A stretch of 62,648 nt of DNA, filler included, from Sphacelaria rigidula (lineage: Eukaryota), in NCBI GenBank assembly GCA_964200075.2. It is 4 parts of 4 records of this genome, joined end to end, with 100 filler letters (N's around TTAATTAATTAA, not from the genome) between each part and the next. Parts side by side here need not be neighbours in the genome. Positions count along the whole stretch, not along the records: positions 47,063 to 62,648 come from CAXNAA020001685.1; 3 more parts are not named here. One strand, written 5' to 3'. Under the pieces are notes generated by a model, which worked only from the letters and a program-made list of their open reading frames with translations, was not told the DNA's origin and did not search any database. The position numbers and the translations under genes were made by a program. Positions 50,001 to 62,648 of this stretch are shown here, in pieces (position 1 is the stretch's first letter; every line of letters begins with the position of its first letter).

Positions 50001-52832
50001 GGGTTGAAGGTCGAAGCAGTGTAGTTGAGCTGTTCATAAGCCCAATGCATTGCCTCGGCCCACAGCTTTTCGGTCTTCGGCAGCTAAACATGACCGAACA
50101 ATACCTTCGCCTGAGTCCTTGCCGCCATTGCCGTCGCTCCAATGATTCCTAAAGCGCGCTCTGCAACGCCGTTGAACTGGGCACTATTGGCGGGGGTAAA
50201 TTCCTGCTTAATCAACAGATTATCACATACTGCTCCGAAATTATCCCCGAAAAACTCTCCTCCGTTGTCAGATCTTACTATCTGTACTACTGAAGGAAAC
50301 CCGTCCGCTCGCACATCTGCGAGGAAACGGTTGAAAGTCTGATCAGAATCAGCCTTACGTTTCAAGAAATACAGCCAGGATGTTCTGCTGTAATCGTCCT
50401 TGATGATCATTGGGTAGTGTTTCCCCCCTACAGATGCAATTTCTTTTCTGCCTCCTAGGTCTACGAAAACTCTACCAAGCTTGGTTTGAGCTCTATTTTT
50501 AGTCTGATGAGGTATACCTTTTCTGTATCCCTTTCCCATCGAGCACCCAGTACGTGCATGCATTTCCCCTTCAAGTGCAGTATCTAAATGTCTAGCAGTA
50601 TGCCTCAGCAGCTGCTCATGAGCATGACCATAGATACAGTGAAGCAGGTTAATATCCATCCTTTTTACAGGGGGAGGGTTCGAGGGCATAATCGCTGGTA
50701 ATGCGGAAGCATCAAATTGCTCCCCAACTCGATATGCTGTGGCCACCAACATACCGTCCTGGTTCGCAAACATTACACGTCCGTTGAATGCAGTCATTAT
50801 ACCATCTGGACCTCCCAACCAGTCCCAACTTTCCCCATCAAATTCCGCACGAGGCGAAAACAGGTTGTATCCTAGATCAGGAGCATCAAGTACGTCTTTC
50901 AACTCTGCTACATACTCGTTCTCCTCTGTCATGAACACTACTGTCAGATTCCCCTTCAGCGAAACGTCACACGTCACGCCGCCTATGCCACCAACACCAG
51001 AAGATACTTGTGTATGATCTCTCATGTATCGCAATGAATCTGTCAGATGATAGGGAGCACCAGTATCACCGTACCACTCTTCACAGAAAGGCCTAGAAAC
51101 AGCAGCAACCAACGACTTCAAGCATGAAAGCTCACCACTGTCTTTCTTCGACTCGGCTTCGCCTTCCTGATCCGGAGCCCTGATTACTTGAGCTTCGCAG
51201 TCCCGTATCCTGTGTGGAAGACCACACCGAAAGCACTCTAGTGGCTTCCTGCCTACGTTTTCAGCTTTCGCGGAATTACTCGTATCAGTATCAGGTTTTG
51301 GCTTCCTTGCTTTACCCTTATTTCCACCCCCCCTGGCTTTCGCAACTAGAGCTTGCCCGGTCGATTTGGCAATATTGCCCCCTGTACAGAGAAACTTAGG
51401 TAGGCATTTCACACATGGCTCTCTATCGCTTCTCGACCACGAGGAAAATGAATGCTCATAGCACTTCTTCTGACCATTTCGTATTCACTCGTGAGTCCAC
51501 GCAACATGAGGGAACAAACAGTTCTCTCATCCTTCTCTACCCCTAACATAAGTAGAACGCTCAAAACTTCCCTGAGCTTTGAAAAAAAATACGAGCGGAT
51601 CTCCCCCTTGTTTCATCTTCAACCCGTTGAGCTTGTGCTCATAGAGGTTGATATTTGCGTCGGTGAGGGGCAAAAAGTGATTATTCAGTACACGCCACGC
51701 TTTACTGGGGGATTTCGCGTTGCTGATCATTACTCTTACACTTTTGCATGTTATACAATCGTCCAGATGCCACCAAGCAGCCTGTGCTTGCTTGAATTGG
51801 CTTACCGTAAAGCCTTGCTCAACCAAGGGTGCCAAATTTATTCCAATATCAGCAACTGGAATATCATCGGTAGTGATGTACGCTGCTTCATGCAATCCAC
51901 ATTGCCTGGCATGTGTAGAAAAACGCTCTTTCCATCATAGGAATTCAGTCGCAGTCCCATCGAATTTCAAACCAGCAGGTAATCGAATACCTCTAATTCC
52001 GAAAGACGACACGCCGCCTGTGCTTGCATTATTACCACCACCGAAACCCGATCCAAACACCTCTACATTTTCCCATCATTCGGCAGTACCTACCGCTGGC
52101 GGGCGTGAAAAGTCCAAGACTGGAATACCTGCTGATCTCCAGCTGGGGCTGCGGTTTGCAACGCCGCTGCTGCTCTTCTGTCGGTGACACCTTCATGTCG
52201 TCCGACGTACTCCGTACTGGATGCTCCCGGCGCGCCATCTCCGACAGAGGACTCCCCGCGGCCTGCATCCAGGCCGCTGTTCCCCCCTGGACCCACCAGG
52301 CTGCGTTCGAGTAGGCTTCCCAGCTCCTGTATCTCCGTCTTCAGGTCTTGGTTCTGACGGAGAATTTCTTTGTTCTCTCTACGAACGTGGGCCAGGCCTT
52401 CTTCTTGTGTAGCGGGAGAGCTACTCCCATCTGCTTCACTCCCGGGCGGAGACATCTTTTCTGCAGTCGTCGCGTGTCCAGAGATCGCCGCCTGCCCCGG
52501 CAGCTTGTTCACAATGAATGAATGTCATGGTATTTGAAGAAACTGGCGTCGATAAGGTACCGTGGCGCTGTGTACATCAGATGTCGGAGTAAATGAACGT
52601 TGGATATGACTCTTGGTCGGCTGCCGTGGCTCGTCAGCTTGTTGGAAGATACAGATATACAATGTATTCTGGATAGCCGATGGGAGATACAGTATGGCTG
52701 ATGTCTGCACATCGAATAATCACGTACACAATGAAGAGTGTTCCAGGAACGTTCGTTGGATGGAGGATCTCTGCTCTTTGGTTATTGTATTATGATTTGA
52801 TGTGGATATAATTCCTACGTAAGGTGGTTACA
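47063..52832 (-). mobile_element. Ty1/Copia LTR retrotransposon, degenerate
   Basis: Order gag-PR-IN-RT-RH; candidate PPT AAGAGTGAGAA then 3' LTR starting TGTT at 47420; candidate 5' LTR end CCAACA at 52640; outer boundary uncertain. Confidence 0.92.
47611..52512 (-). pseudogene. Copia gag-pol with multiple frameshifts and stops
   Basis: Zn knuckle CFRCGLPHRIRDC, protease WYGDTGA, integrase IKDDYSR/SDNGGEF/NGVAER, RT FDIEQAF/YGLKQSAR/LHVDR (catalytic DD lost), RNase H YVDADY/EAEY/KHIDIR/ADILTK. Confidence 0.9.
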
Positions 52833-54462
52833 CCATCGCCCCGAGCGCATCTGAGCTCACGTCATTTTGGGCCCAGGATAACATCAGCCTTGGCACCGTT
52901 GCTCTGAGTTCCAAGTGAGTCCTTACCGGAGAGTTGTGGTCTTGGGGAAACTACTGGCTCCGGTTCGTATTGTGAATTGGAAAGAGATTCTCTATTTTGT
53001 TTGTGTGGACATCTGGATTCGATTACTGCTGCTGTCACAGTATTGGGTCTGTATTGATTTACTGCACTCTGCTGAGCGCTTTGCAACCTAGCTCCCACGG
53101 CTTGAGCCTCTGTTCGTGAGAACATCAGGTCAAAGGTGGACTGAGGCTGCCTTCTCCAAGGCATTTAGCCATAAGTTCATATTATATGGGGCTTCAGCTT
53201 GTAGCGAGCAAGCTCTTCTTGTGTGCTGCATACTGCGTTGTAAAGTGTTCTCGCGTGCTCCCCTGAAGGTGTCTCCTGCATTTCATTTTCCCGTGGAAGG
53301 GCCTGTTCCAGCACCCGGGCTCATTGTTTTTTTTCACTCGTGCCGCTTCTGTACGCTGGTTGGGCCTCGGTTGCCGACTGTAGCAACCACGCCCGTATCA
53401 TTAGCGCGCGTCCTGTGCGCTCTACCTTGAGTGTTTTCAGCCGTGTGCGCCGCCCTGCCCAGGGCGTCGCTGTTATTGTACTCCATATCGTACCACAAAG
53501 ATGTACGCACCAGTGTTTGTTTACTCTTTGCAGTATTGTTCCGATTACAATCATGGCACCGCCCCCACCCCCCCCTCCCCTCCCCCCGATGCGCGCACCT
53601 TGCGCCGCATTCGTCGAGATATCGCACGGGCACAACAGTTAGCAGACACTGCCAGTCGCCATGCACAAAGACGCACTCGTGTGTATGATGTGCCATCTCA
53701 TGATCCAACCGACAGTCTTCCGCTCAACCCCACACAGGCACCACTTCAGCGCCCTGTCATGCCGAGTCGGCACGGTGTTGTGTTATCGCACGACCCCTCT
53801 ATGCATAGTAGTTTCCACACAGACAGCACGCGTTTGGATATTTTCACAGCCGTTCAACAAACGCATCTGGATAGTTCTGGTGGACAGGTTATATTGCAGC
53901 GCGGTGTGCTTGACCCTGCCGAAATTTACAGCACGGCCCCCCTGAACACACCAGCTGGTCAGCCTCGGACAAACTATCCGTCTGGCCCTCTTGCGCACTT
54001 CTTCGTACCAGTTTTGGATCTTGTGGAAAATATGTCGAGTACACTCGGGTCACAAACGAGTGCCACCTCGCCGGATCCACCATTCTCTGTTTCTGATATA
54101 GCCACTGTCTCGTCCGCTCCTCTGTCCACCTGTACTGTACAATTTCCATCTACTGTAGATCACGCGAACTCTATTTCTCCGGACTCCGGCGACGTTGACG
54201 CTTCTGTCGGCCTGTTTTCTGTACGTGTACCCCGGCGCACCTCACACCAGCCCCGACACATACATGTACAGACAGTCGCCCCTGCCGGTCGTACACCACC
54301 CCTCACTTCCCCTACGCAGAACAACCGCTCGATACGAGCGTACAGTACAGTAGACTTCCCCCAACCCCCCGCAGTAGCATAGCCGCTGACCCTCGGTCCC
54401 TCATACACCGTTTCATTTCCGCCATCCCTGCCTCGCGCAACCGCGCAGACACAAAATTAACG

Positions 54463-57400
54463 ATGGCGGAACCCGCGAACCCGGCCGCTGCTGACCTACG
54501 CGCCGGTGTTGACGATGACACCGGAGATGCATCTCCTGAGGGCAACGGTGGCGTGCCCGTGGATGAGACTGGTGCAGTGTCTAGTATCATCAACTCTGAG
54601 GAGGATCAGGGTCTTTCTAGGTCCTTTTTTTCTGGTAGAGTTCATGCTTTGGTTGATACGCCTGCCCCTGGACCGGCTACAATCACCCCCGGTATTTTTC
54701 ATTCTGACATGGGATCTCAGATTCGTTTCACCACGCTCCACAATGCAACTACCGCCCCGCAGGGCACAAGCGCCGACGAAGGCTCCTTTAGTGACGACGA
54801 GGTCGATGGTATAAATCCCGGGGTCACCAGGATTTTACAGGACGGCGATCAATCACGCCCTACGCCGGATTCCGCTCCGGAACCAACTGATGACACCTCG
54901 TTGACCGCGGAGTTCAATACCTTTATCTCGGCAAAAAGTCTCAAAAGCACGTCGTCCCGCCCCCCCCCAAAAGATCGCATCAAAGAAAAACGCGCATTCA
55001 CTTACAGTAGCCCGGCAGATTTGTCGGAAACACAATCGAAATCGATGACCGCCACTGAGTAGAAGGAACACTGGGAAACGTCTTGGGCCCGCGCCGCTCA
55101 GGCCAACGCCGAGCGTGCCCGCTTTGAGGAGCACCAAGCCATGCAAAACAGCGACGTGTAGTCGGGAGTACTTCGAAACTCAACGAGCGAATGAGAAACG
55201 TCAAGCGGCCGCAAACAAAGCTCTTGCATCCGCCCAACTTTCGAAAGATAAACTTGTAGCTACCCTCGCACAGGCCGACGTCAAATACGCTGCTGCTGTT
55301 CATGCGGTGCAGCTTGAAAAAGATCAAGCCCGAGCGCTCATCACTGACAAATTGCGCGAACTCCGCGGTCTTGGGGGTGACATCCCTGGCACAGAACTTT
55401 TCCGCCACGGACACCACCCCCCACACTACCACCGCGTCGCCTGTTGCCCCCCCTCAGCCCCAGGTGTCCCCACACACGGCGTCTTACTTCCAGCACAACA
55501 ATTCAGTAGCGGTGCATACCACCCCCTTTACTCAAACTGCGTCTTTCACGCAGCCTCCCCCACCTAGCACCCCCCCCACCGGCGCACCTTGTGGAAGCCA
55601 CTCGCCGTCGACAGTCCATGTCGTTATCGACTGTTGCGGCAGCAGCATCACTTGGATCGGGCCCAACGGGCCCCGCGCCTCAGACAACCGCACAGTCGGA
55701 TGATTCGGGACCGAAGTTTGCCCACATCGAGCAACTCTCCAACATGCCGCTCACGAAGTTTAGTTCCGAATTCTCCGACTTAGTCACATATGTTTTCGGC
55801 CATGAACGCCTCGCAGAGAATATTGTGGATAAGGCGTCATCACTGCAGTCAGAACTGCCCCACCACCAAGAAATTTCTTCGAAGGGTGCATCTAACCTAG
55901 TCATGCAAAATCGACATGATCCCCAATACCCCCAGCTTCGATGGGGTCTAGTAGAACCTCTCGCAGAGCACTTTCGGGCAGTTTGACGCATTCGGTCCAG
56001 TCCGCCCACAGGACAAGCGACTGACAATTTACACGGTAGGCAGAGAGTCCAAGGACTAGGGTCCTCCCGGGGTGCCCCGGCGGATGCCAACCCAGGTACT
56101 GGTAACATGCAGTCCGGCACTGGATTCTCGGATGGCCGCCTTCGTACAGACGCCAATTCCCCAGGTACATGGCAAGTAGTGGGTTCGGGTCGAGCCTCAC
56201 CCCACCAGCGCAATAATGGCGCCGAAACAGACACACCTTGGATATCGACACCCAACGTAGACTCTCACTCGGGTGAGGCCTCTCCCGATCAACCAATCTC
56301 TTCCATCACTGCCCGGGCACGTCACGCCGCGCTCTCCGCGGAAACGGAGCACAGGCAGACCACTCTGGAAACCACTGACCGACTAATCCGACCACCAGAG
56401 CCACCCCAGGCTGCCAGCCGTCACTGCTTGCAGCCACTGCACCAACGACCACACACCGTAGCCCGAAAGAGATAAGCAACGTAAAACGCGCTTACCTCCA
56501 GCTTAATCTGAGACAAGTAGGCTCGATCCAGCCAAGCGTGCCCTTCCACGCGGATGCGAACGTAAGCACATCCTGTAGCCAGCTGCGTAAGTCCATGACG
56601 GATACGCTGCTAGACATTCTGCAAGTTTGCGACGAACAATTCGTTGACATGAAGACAAGTGTTTGGGTCGATGGTTGGACCAGACCCCTACAGCGACCCC
56701 TGGGGAATGCCGTCGTATAGGATTCCCCGCGTGCAGCTGACATAATTGGTATGATCGGCGACCATTTTGCACAAGTCTCTCGCGCTCTATCACTTGGTAC
56801 CTCTGGGTTTGATGTTTTCTCTCTCCTCCTCCGGCTACTGAGTTTCAGCCTACATTCCAGCTATGACGGCCAATCTTTCAAGCAGCCTTTGATGCACCAC
56901 GTACCCGAAGGCACCCCGTTCAACAAATATCTACGCGGTTTCCATGAGCTAGTCACAGTGACTGTTGATGGAGGGAGAGAGCTTGCGCCCACCCAGGATA
57001 TGGTCATGAGTGTATTCCGATCCAGCATGAGTCGACAGTTTCCCGCCCTCATGCCAATCGTCTTCGCCAGCGAGACGGCCACCGCTTCGATTCCGTTTGC
57101 TGACATTGAAACTATGTGGAGAAAACTTGATAGTCTACGTGCAAACCGCACGCCCGCTTTGCCGTACAACTCTAGCCCCGGTACTTATGAGCAGGCCCCA
57201 GCACCGCTCAGTGTTTCAAGTAGTGTCGCATCCCGCCCACATACCGACACCCACACATACCCTGATCCTCGTGCACCCCGTACGGACGATTCACGCACCA
57301 AAGCTGCGAAAAGTCCGTGGATACCGGCGTCCATGTTGCCTACCGGTCAAGTAATGGCGGTGATTTCAATCGACTACCGCGACCCTTTCGCTAGCCGTTT

Positions 57401-58097
57401 CCCTAGCTGGCCCTTGTCTCATGAAACCTGGCAACATGTATACAACGTCAGTATGTCAATGCACAACAATGATCCGCCATTGTGGGCCTCAGACATAGAT
57501 CCCGTCGCACGGTCGGATCTTATTTGCTGGTTTAAGGATAGTTGTCTAAACTGCGGTTCGGTTTTTAATCCCCAAACGGGCTGCACTTCGGATGGTAGAG
57601 TTGCTGCGCATTCAATGCGCCAGTGTCAAGCGCCTTTCGCAAATTCGTCGGGTCTCTTGAACAGGGCGTTTTTCAAACCGGAGTACGCGCACTGCTGGCC
57701 TAAATGGCAGGCCCGCATGCGCTCGTATCGCGACAACTGTGATAGTCGTTCACAGAACACGAGCATTCCGCACAACCACTACCCTCGCACGAACCAACCC
57801 CGCTACAACAACTATCGAGGTCACCCCTCCTCATACGGCCCCCAGACTCAGGGGTATGGTTACAACCCACACGCCGCTCAATTGACCAATCAGGCACATG
57901 GTCAAGTGTCGCAGGCTCCTACCCAAAACCCCAACGCCAATCAACTAGCACTCCCACCCAGCCAACCTCTGAACAGTCAGACGTCGACACAACCTTCGCA
58001 AGACGCTAGACGCGCCTTGCCCCCTGACCCTCATGGCCCTCCAGCGCAACAGACTCAGTCAAATAACACAGCGCACCCCGCCATGCGTACCACCTGA
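54463..58097 (+). pseudogene. Gypsy gag-like region, fragmented (largest piece 56751-58097)
   Basis: Successive + frames; capsid-like helical stretch, CLNC...HSMRQC knuckle, Q/P/N-rich tail; lies upstream of pol. Confidence 0.6.
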
Positions 58098-59278
58098 CTG
58101 GTTCGTCGATATGCCGCGTACCCTTCGACGCTATCGAGTCAACCGCGCAAGGGTACCGCTTGGTGGACGCCACCTTCCATGATTGCACCGCAAAATTCGG
58201 TATCAGTCCCTGTACTTGATAGTTCGTATTGTGTCTCGAGCCATGAGCCTACACCAAAGACTGGCGAAATCTCCCCCCAGTCTCCGGTGCTACAGCATTC
58301 CACGCGAATGCAACCCCGTCTTACACGGCTAATGACCGGACACCAAGACGGTGCGGTCCCCGTTAATATAGTGACCGAACACCGAGACGGTGCGGTCCCC
58401 GTGAATTTTACGGGGCCCCTGCCCCCACACCCCGAAACTGAGATATCGTCGGCCGGCGCTAGCTCAAGCTTGTGGTGTGGGTACAATGGGTTCGATCAGT
58501 CCTGGGTCACGGGTCCCACTCAGGCAAGATCCCGCAAAACTCCTCGTGGTTATAGCTCTCACGGTGAAAAATTGTGTCGTACGACCACTGGATACGATCA
58601 ATCTAGTATCCCACTTCACAACTCAATCCGTGAACAGCTATCTTCCTCTCAGTTAAACCAGAGGGGGAGGCCACGTCCTGCAGGTATCTACGTGCCGAGA
58701 GAGAAGCTGTCTCCCGGTCCTTGTGCTGCTGCCCCTTGCGACCATCCGTCGTAGGGTACATGTTAGCCCAGACACCCAAGTGGCGTCGGGCCCTATTGTA
58801 ATTGAGCACAGTTATTCCACTGTGGATCATGACCACAGGGAACCCTCGCTTTCCGTTGCTTCACGGGTTGGAGAAGGACCCCCGGCAGTGACCCGGTCGG
58901 TAAGCCAAGAGCTCGCACCGTCACGGAGCACTCCCGCGAACTTCCCAACAGCGACAGGCCACGACGGCACGCCTTAGGCATTGGATGTGCCGCTACCGTC
59001 CTCTGTCCCCCCTTTGCCCCCTGAGCCAGCACCAACAAAGAGGTCGCTGCGGAACGTGTTGAGCCACAAGTCCACTCTACCTGCTGTCGGTTCGTTGTCG
59101 CGTACACGTGCGGGTCCGTCACTGGCGACTCCACACCACGACAGTCTCAGGCGGATCACAGACGATTCGTCCCCTGTAATGCCAAGTTTGGCCCCCGACA
59201 ACGTGTCTCCCGATAAATCCGTGGAGATCATGTCTGTGAACAATGCATGTGTTGATGTATCCGACGTGAGTTCCGCTG

Positions 59279-62200
59279 ATGCAGTCACCGGAACCGCGTC
59301 CGACGACGATAGATCGTCGTCACCTTTTGCCCACTACTGTAGACGATTCGGCAGGCACCTCGCAGTGCAGGGTTGACATATCTGCTGACCCTACACTTGT
59401 AACATCCACTAAGTCGGTAGTGCATGCCCCCCCTGCCGACATCACAGCCGGCCGCGCCTCCACCACGACGGTCATCCCTAATAGTCGCTCGCCCATAGCG
59501 GTTTATGAGATAAGTAGCCCTGACGCCCCAACGTTGGAGACCAGCCAAGACCAGTGCCCCCATCCCCAGGTCCCACAGGATCACCCCAGAGTGTATCTGA
59601 ATACCATAGTCCATAAGGTACGTAGCACACATATCGATTCGTTGCCAGAGTTTGGTCCGGATCTCAAGAGTGGCGTTGTCACCTTGGACGATGCGTCTTT
59701 TCCAACTAGAGTTGGACTTCATAGTGGGTCTTGTGCAAGTCGTCAACTTCTGGCCCTGGCACTCCCGGACTCGGGCTCCCCACAGACTTTTATCACCGAC
59801 AGCTGCTGGCAGGACATGATTCGTACCCGCGCGGCAGATGATAAATGTCTGTCCGCTGTCCCACCCCGCCCTTTCGGCGGCTTCGGGTCCGGCCCTACTT
59901 TGAGTGCCTCCCAGGCCGTGCGTTTAAGTGTTCAGTTCTTCGATGATGCGAAGCCCACGGCACAACTTTCTGTTTGGGCCTTGATTGTCCTACAAATTGC
60001 CATGGCGTTTGATGTCCTGCTAGGCAGAGATAGCTGGTTGCAATTTTCGACACATACATACACCACCGAACCTCCGTCACCGCATTCACCCACGAAGGGC
60101 AAATTGCAGCTGGGCCATCTTGACGACCAAACCGGTGCCCAGGCTTTCACGCGCGACTCCTCTGCATCACAAACCGCTTTCAAGTTGTTTTATGTTGGGG
60201 AGGCAGTAGCGTCACTATCGCATGAACCCCAACCCGTGAGGGTGAATCTGGTGCGGCGCGATGGTCTGCCAGCACTCACAGGACAGTACTTGGTAGATTT
60301 CCTTCACTGCGGTGCTTCGACAGATGGAATGTATGGACAGAAGGATGTTTTCGTTAAGGACGGATGCCAGCAAATTTTCCTGGCGTCCCCAGAGTTCGTT
60401 GATTTAGTACCCAATCAGTTGTTGGAGTATGCCCCCGCTCCCCTACTACGTGCTCCTATGTCGGATATTTGCCCCCGCAACAGTACCGCTACTCCGCCTG
60501 ACTTCGCGCCAAATGCTAACGGTGATGGACCAGGATCAATTGACCCAATGGTAGTGACCGCGTCTGATGAAGACGCGGAACCGAAAAATTCCCAAACACT
60601 GTTGGATCGCTTACAGCCTGAGCAGCGGGCGAGTTTCTTGCGACTATGGGATGTCGTTTCCCCACACCTCCTTCGTCGCATCACCTTCAATCTGGACGGT
60701 GAGGGTTGGACTCCAGCGGTCATCGACAAACTACGCAATGTCCTGATTCGCTATGCCGCGCGATTCTCCACCTCACCTCTGGATTTGAGTCGCTGCACGA
60801 CGGCTCCTTTCAAAATCAATGTGCCGGAAGGAACGCCCCCCATCGCCACACGCCCTTATCGCACAAACCCGCTGCTCGCTAATAAAGTACAAGTAGTCAT
60901 AGATAGCTACTTAGCGGCGGAGATCATTCGTCATTTGACCTCTCCTTCCTGCCCCCCCTTGGTCGTTGTTCGAAAGAAAAATGGCAAGACCCGCCTCACT
61001 GTCAATTATCAACGCTTGAACGCGGTGACGACAGTTCCCCGCCTTCCGCTCCCCCGTATAGATGAAATCATCGACTCCCTTGGACAAGGTAAAATATTTT
61101 CTACATTTGATATGCAGTCGGGATATCATCAACCGGTAAAGGACCCCGACTCCATTGAGATGACGGCGTTTTGCACCCCGTCTGGACTTTATGAGTGGCT
61201 AGTGACACCACAAGGTGCCTCTGGTGCTCCCGGGGCTTTTCAACGAGTCATGTTTCGTGTCACCGATGGGCTTCCCAACCGCCAGATGTACCTAGACGAT
61301 GCAGTGATTCAGGATGTAAACCCCGCGGGGCACGTAGAGCAATTGGCGATATTTTTTGGCCGATTCGAGCAGCATAATCTGAAACTTTCGCCATCGAAAT
61401 CACAGATTGGCGCCACGAATATCACATTTCTGGGGCATTGCATTACCCCAGAGGGCCGCAGCCCCACCCTCGACAAAGTTTCAGCTCTTGCAAAGATGGC
61501 AACGCCCAAAGATGTCCCTCAATTGCGCTCGCTGCTCGGCGGCCTCAGCTATTACCACCAATATCTACCGAGTCTCGCGCGCACATTGAAACCCCTCACC
61601 ACTCTTCTCAAGCGAGGGGTGAAGTTCGAGTTCACCAAATCCATGGAAGAGACAGTCCACGATCTCCTTGCCCAATTGTCTAGCCCTCCGGTCCTTGTAT
61701 ACCCTGATTGGGATGCCGCCGAGGCCAGTTCACGGCCTTTCCGCCTACACACTGACGCTGGCAAGATCGGTTTCGGCTGTACACTTGAGCAGGAGCAATC
61801 GGATAAATCCATCCGACCCATAGTCTATCTGAGCCGCACAACGTTCCCTAAAGAACAAAATTGGAGCGTAATGAAGCAAGAAGCGGGCGGCTTTGTTTAG
61901 GGTGTTCGGCGTCTCCGTTACTATTTGTACGGTATTCCTTTCGTCATTTTGACCGACCACAAATCGTTGGAAAACCTCGCGAGAATGGCGGAGCACAATG
62001 CGAGAGTTCAGCGTTGGTTTGAAATCCTATCTTCTTACGACTTTCAGTTAAAGTATCGGACCGGTCCGCAGAACGCCAATGCTGACGTCCTCTCGCGACT
62101 GCCGACACCTGCCACACCGATTGATTCCTCCCCCGCGCGACGCATAGCAGACCCTACGGAGGATATCGTCTACTTGATCAGTCGCCGTGGAAACCTTGGT

Positions 62201-62314
62201 CTCTGGACGCCTCTCGTCTCCGACTACGGGTTTAAGCATGAGTGGGCTGGCACCTTCTGCCCCGAAAACGGCGCTAGGTGGATTGCCCCCCAGATCTTTT
62301 CTTTCGGTCTCTAA
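59279..62314 (+). pseudogene. Gypsy pol (protease, RT, RNase H) with an in-frame TAG at 61898-61900
   Basis: ALPDSGS, DVLLGRD, LTVNYQRLN, FDMQSGYHQ, PQGASGAPGAFQR, YLDD, HTDAG, RPIVYLSR, LTDHKSL, NANADVLSR. Confidence 0.93.
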
Positions 62315-62648
62315 AAGTGCCAACACCAACCCAAGTACCACATCCGGATACGACTTTTTCAGAGTATCGGGCCGCCGCATTAATACTGCCGCTGACCCGA
62401 AACTCACCGTCTCCCCATTTATCTTCCCTGTACAAGTGCGCGATCTCATTTCTAGTAGAACGCGAGTTCGCAGAGCAGCGGAGGCCACCGCGCACGCCGT
62501 TGTTTCTGGACCTGATCTTCCCCCGCCTTCCCCGGTTCCGGTGCCGGCGAGTTTCTTCGGCCCACCCCAACCGCGTCGATAGCCTGGTCCGGCGAAAACC
62601 CGGCGTGCTCCGTCCCGGCTTTGTAGGGATGCGAGGTCAATGTTCTGA

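Larger units (their letters stand above)
52833..62648 (+). mobile_element. Ty3/Gypsy LTR retrotransposon, degenerate, runs off the window before integrase; 5' boundary uncertain
   Basis: Broken gag-like frames 54463-58097 followed by PR-RT-RH in Gypsy order. Confidence 0.85.

Noticed and set aside
61898-61900. Programmed stop readthrough in Gypsy pol
   Set aside because: The TAG is inside RNase H at a likely Trp position, in an element with many other lesions; a simple nonsense mutation

Overview
Eukaryotic, intron-rich, TE-dense DNA. The exon/intron style and repeat types resemble a brown alga (Phaeophyceae), which is an inference. The window is not one locus: four near-equal pieces (15588, 15587, 15587 and 15586 bp) are joined by identical 100-bp N44-TTAATTAATTAA-N44 spacers, so they are probably unlinked, size-sorted contigs. 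Piece 1 holds a spliced PLP-dependent class-V aminotransferase/C-S lyase gene (EgtE-like, 6 exons mapped, one probable GC-AG intron) among tRNA-derived SINEs and MITEs. Piece 2 holds a self-nesting cluster of ~98-bp TTAA-flanked piggyBac-type MITEs, other MITEs and SINEs, a decayed MULE-like transposase and one host-like exon. Piece 3 holds a terminal host exon, a ~103-bp satellite, and the most notable feature: a decayed Sola-like DDD transposase gene with at least 7 phase-consistent introns, lying head-to-head with a ParB/sulfiredoxin-fold ORF. Piece 4 holds a degenerate Ty1/Copia element (-) abutting a degenerate Ty3/Gypsy element (+). All family calls come from motif recognition by eye; no searches were run.
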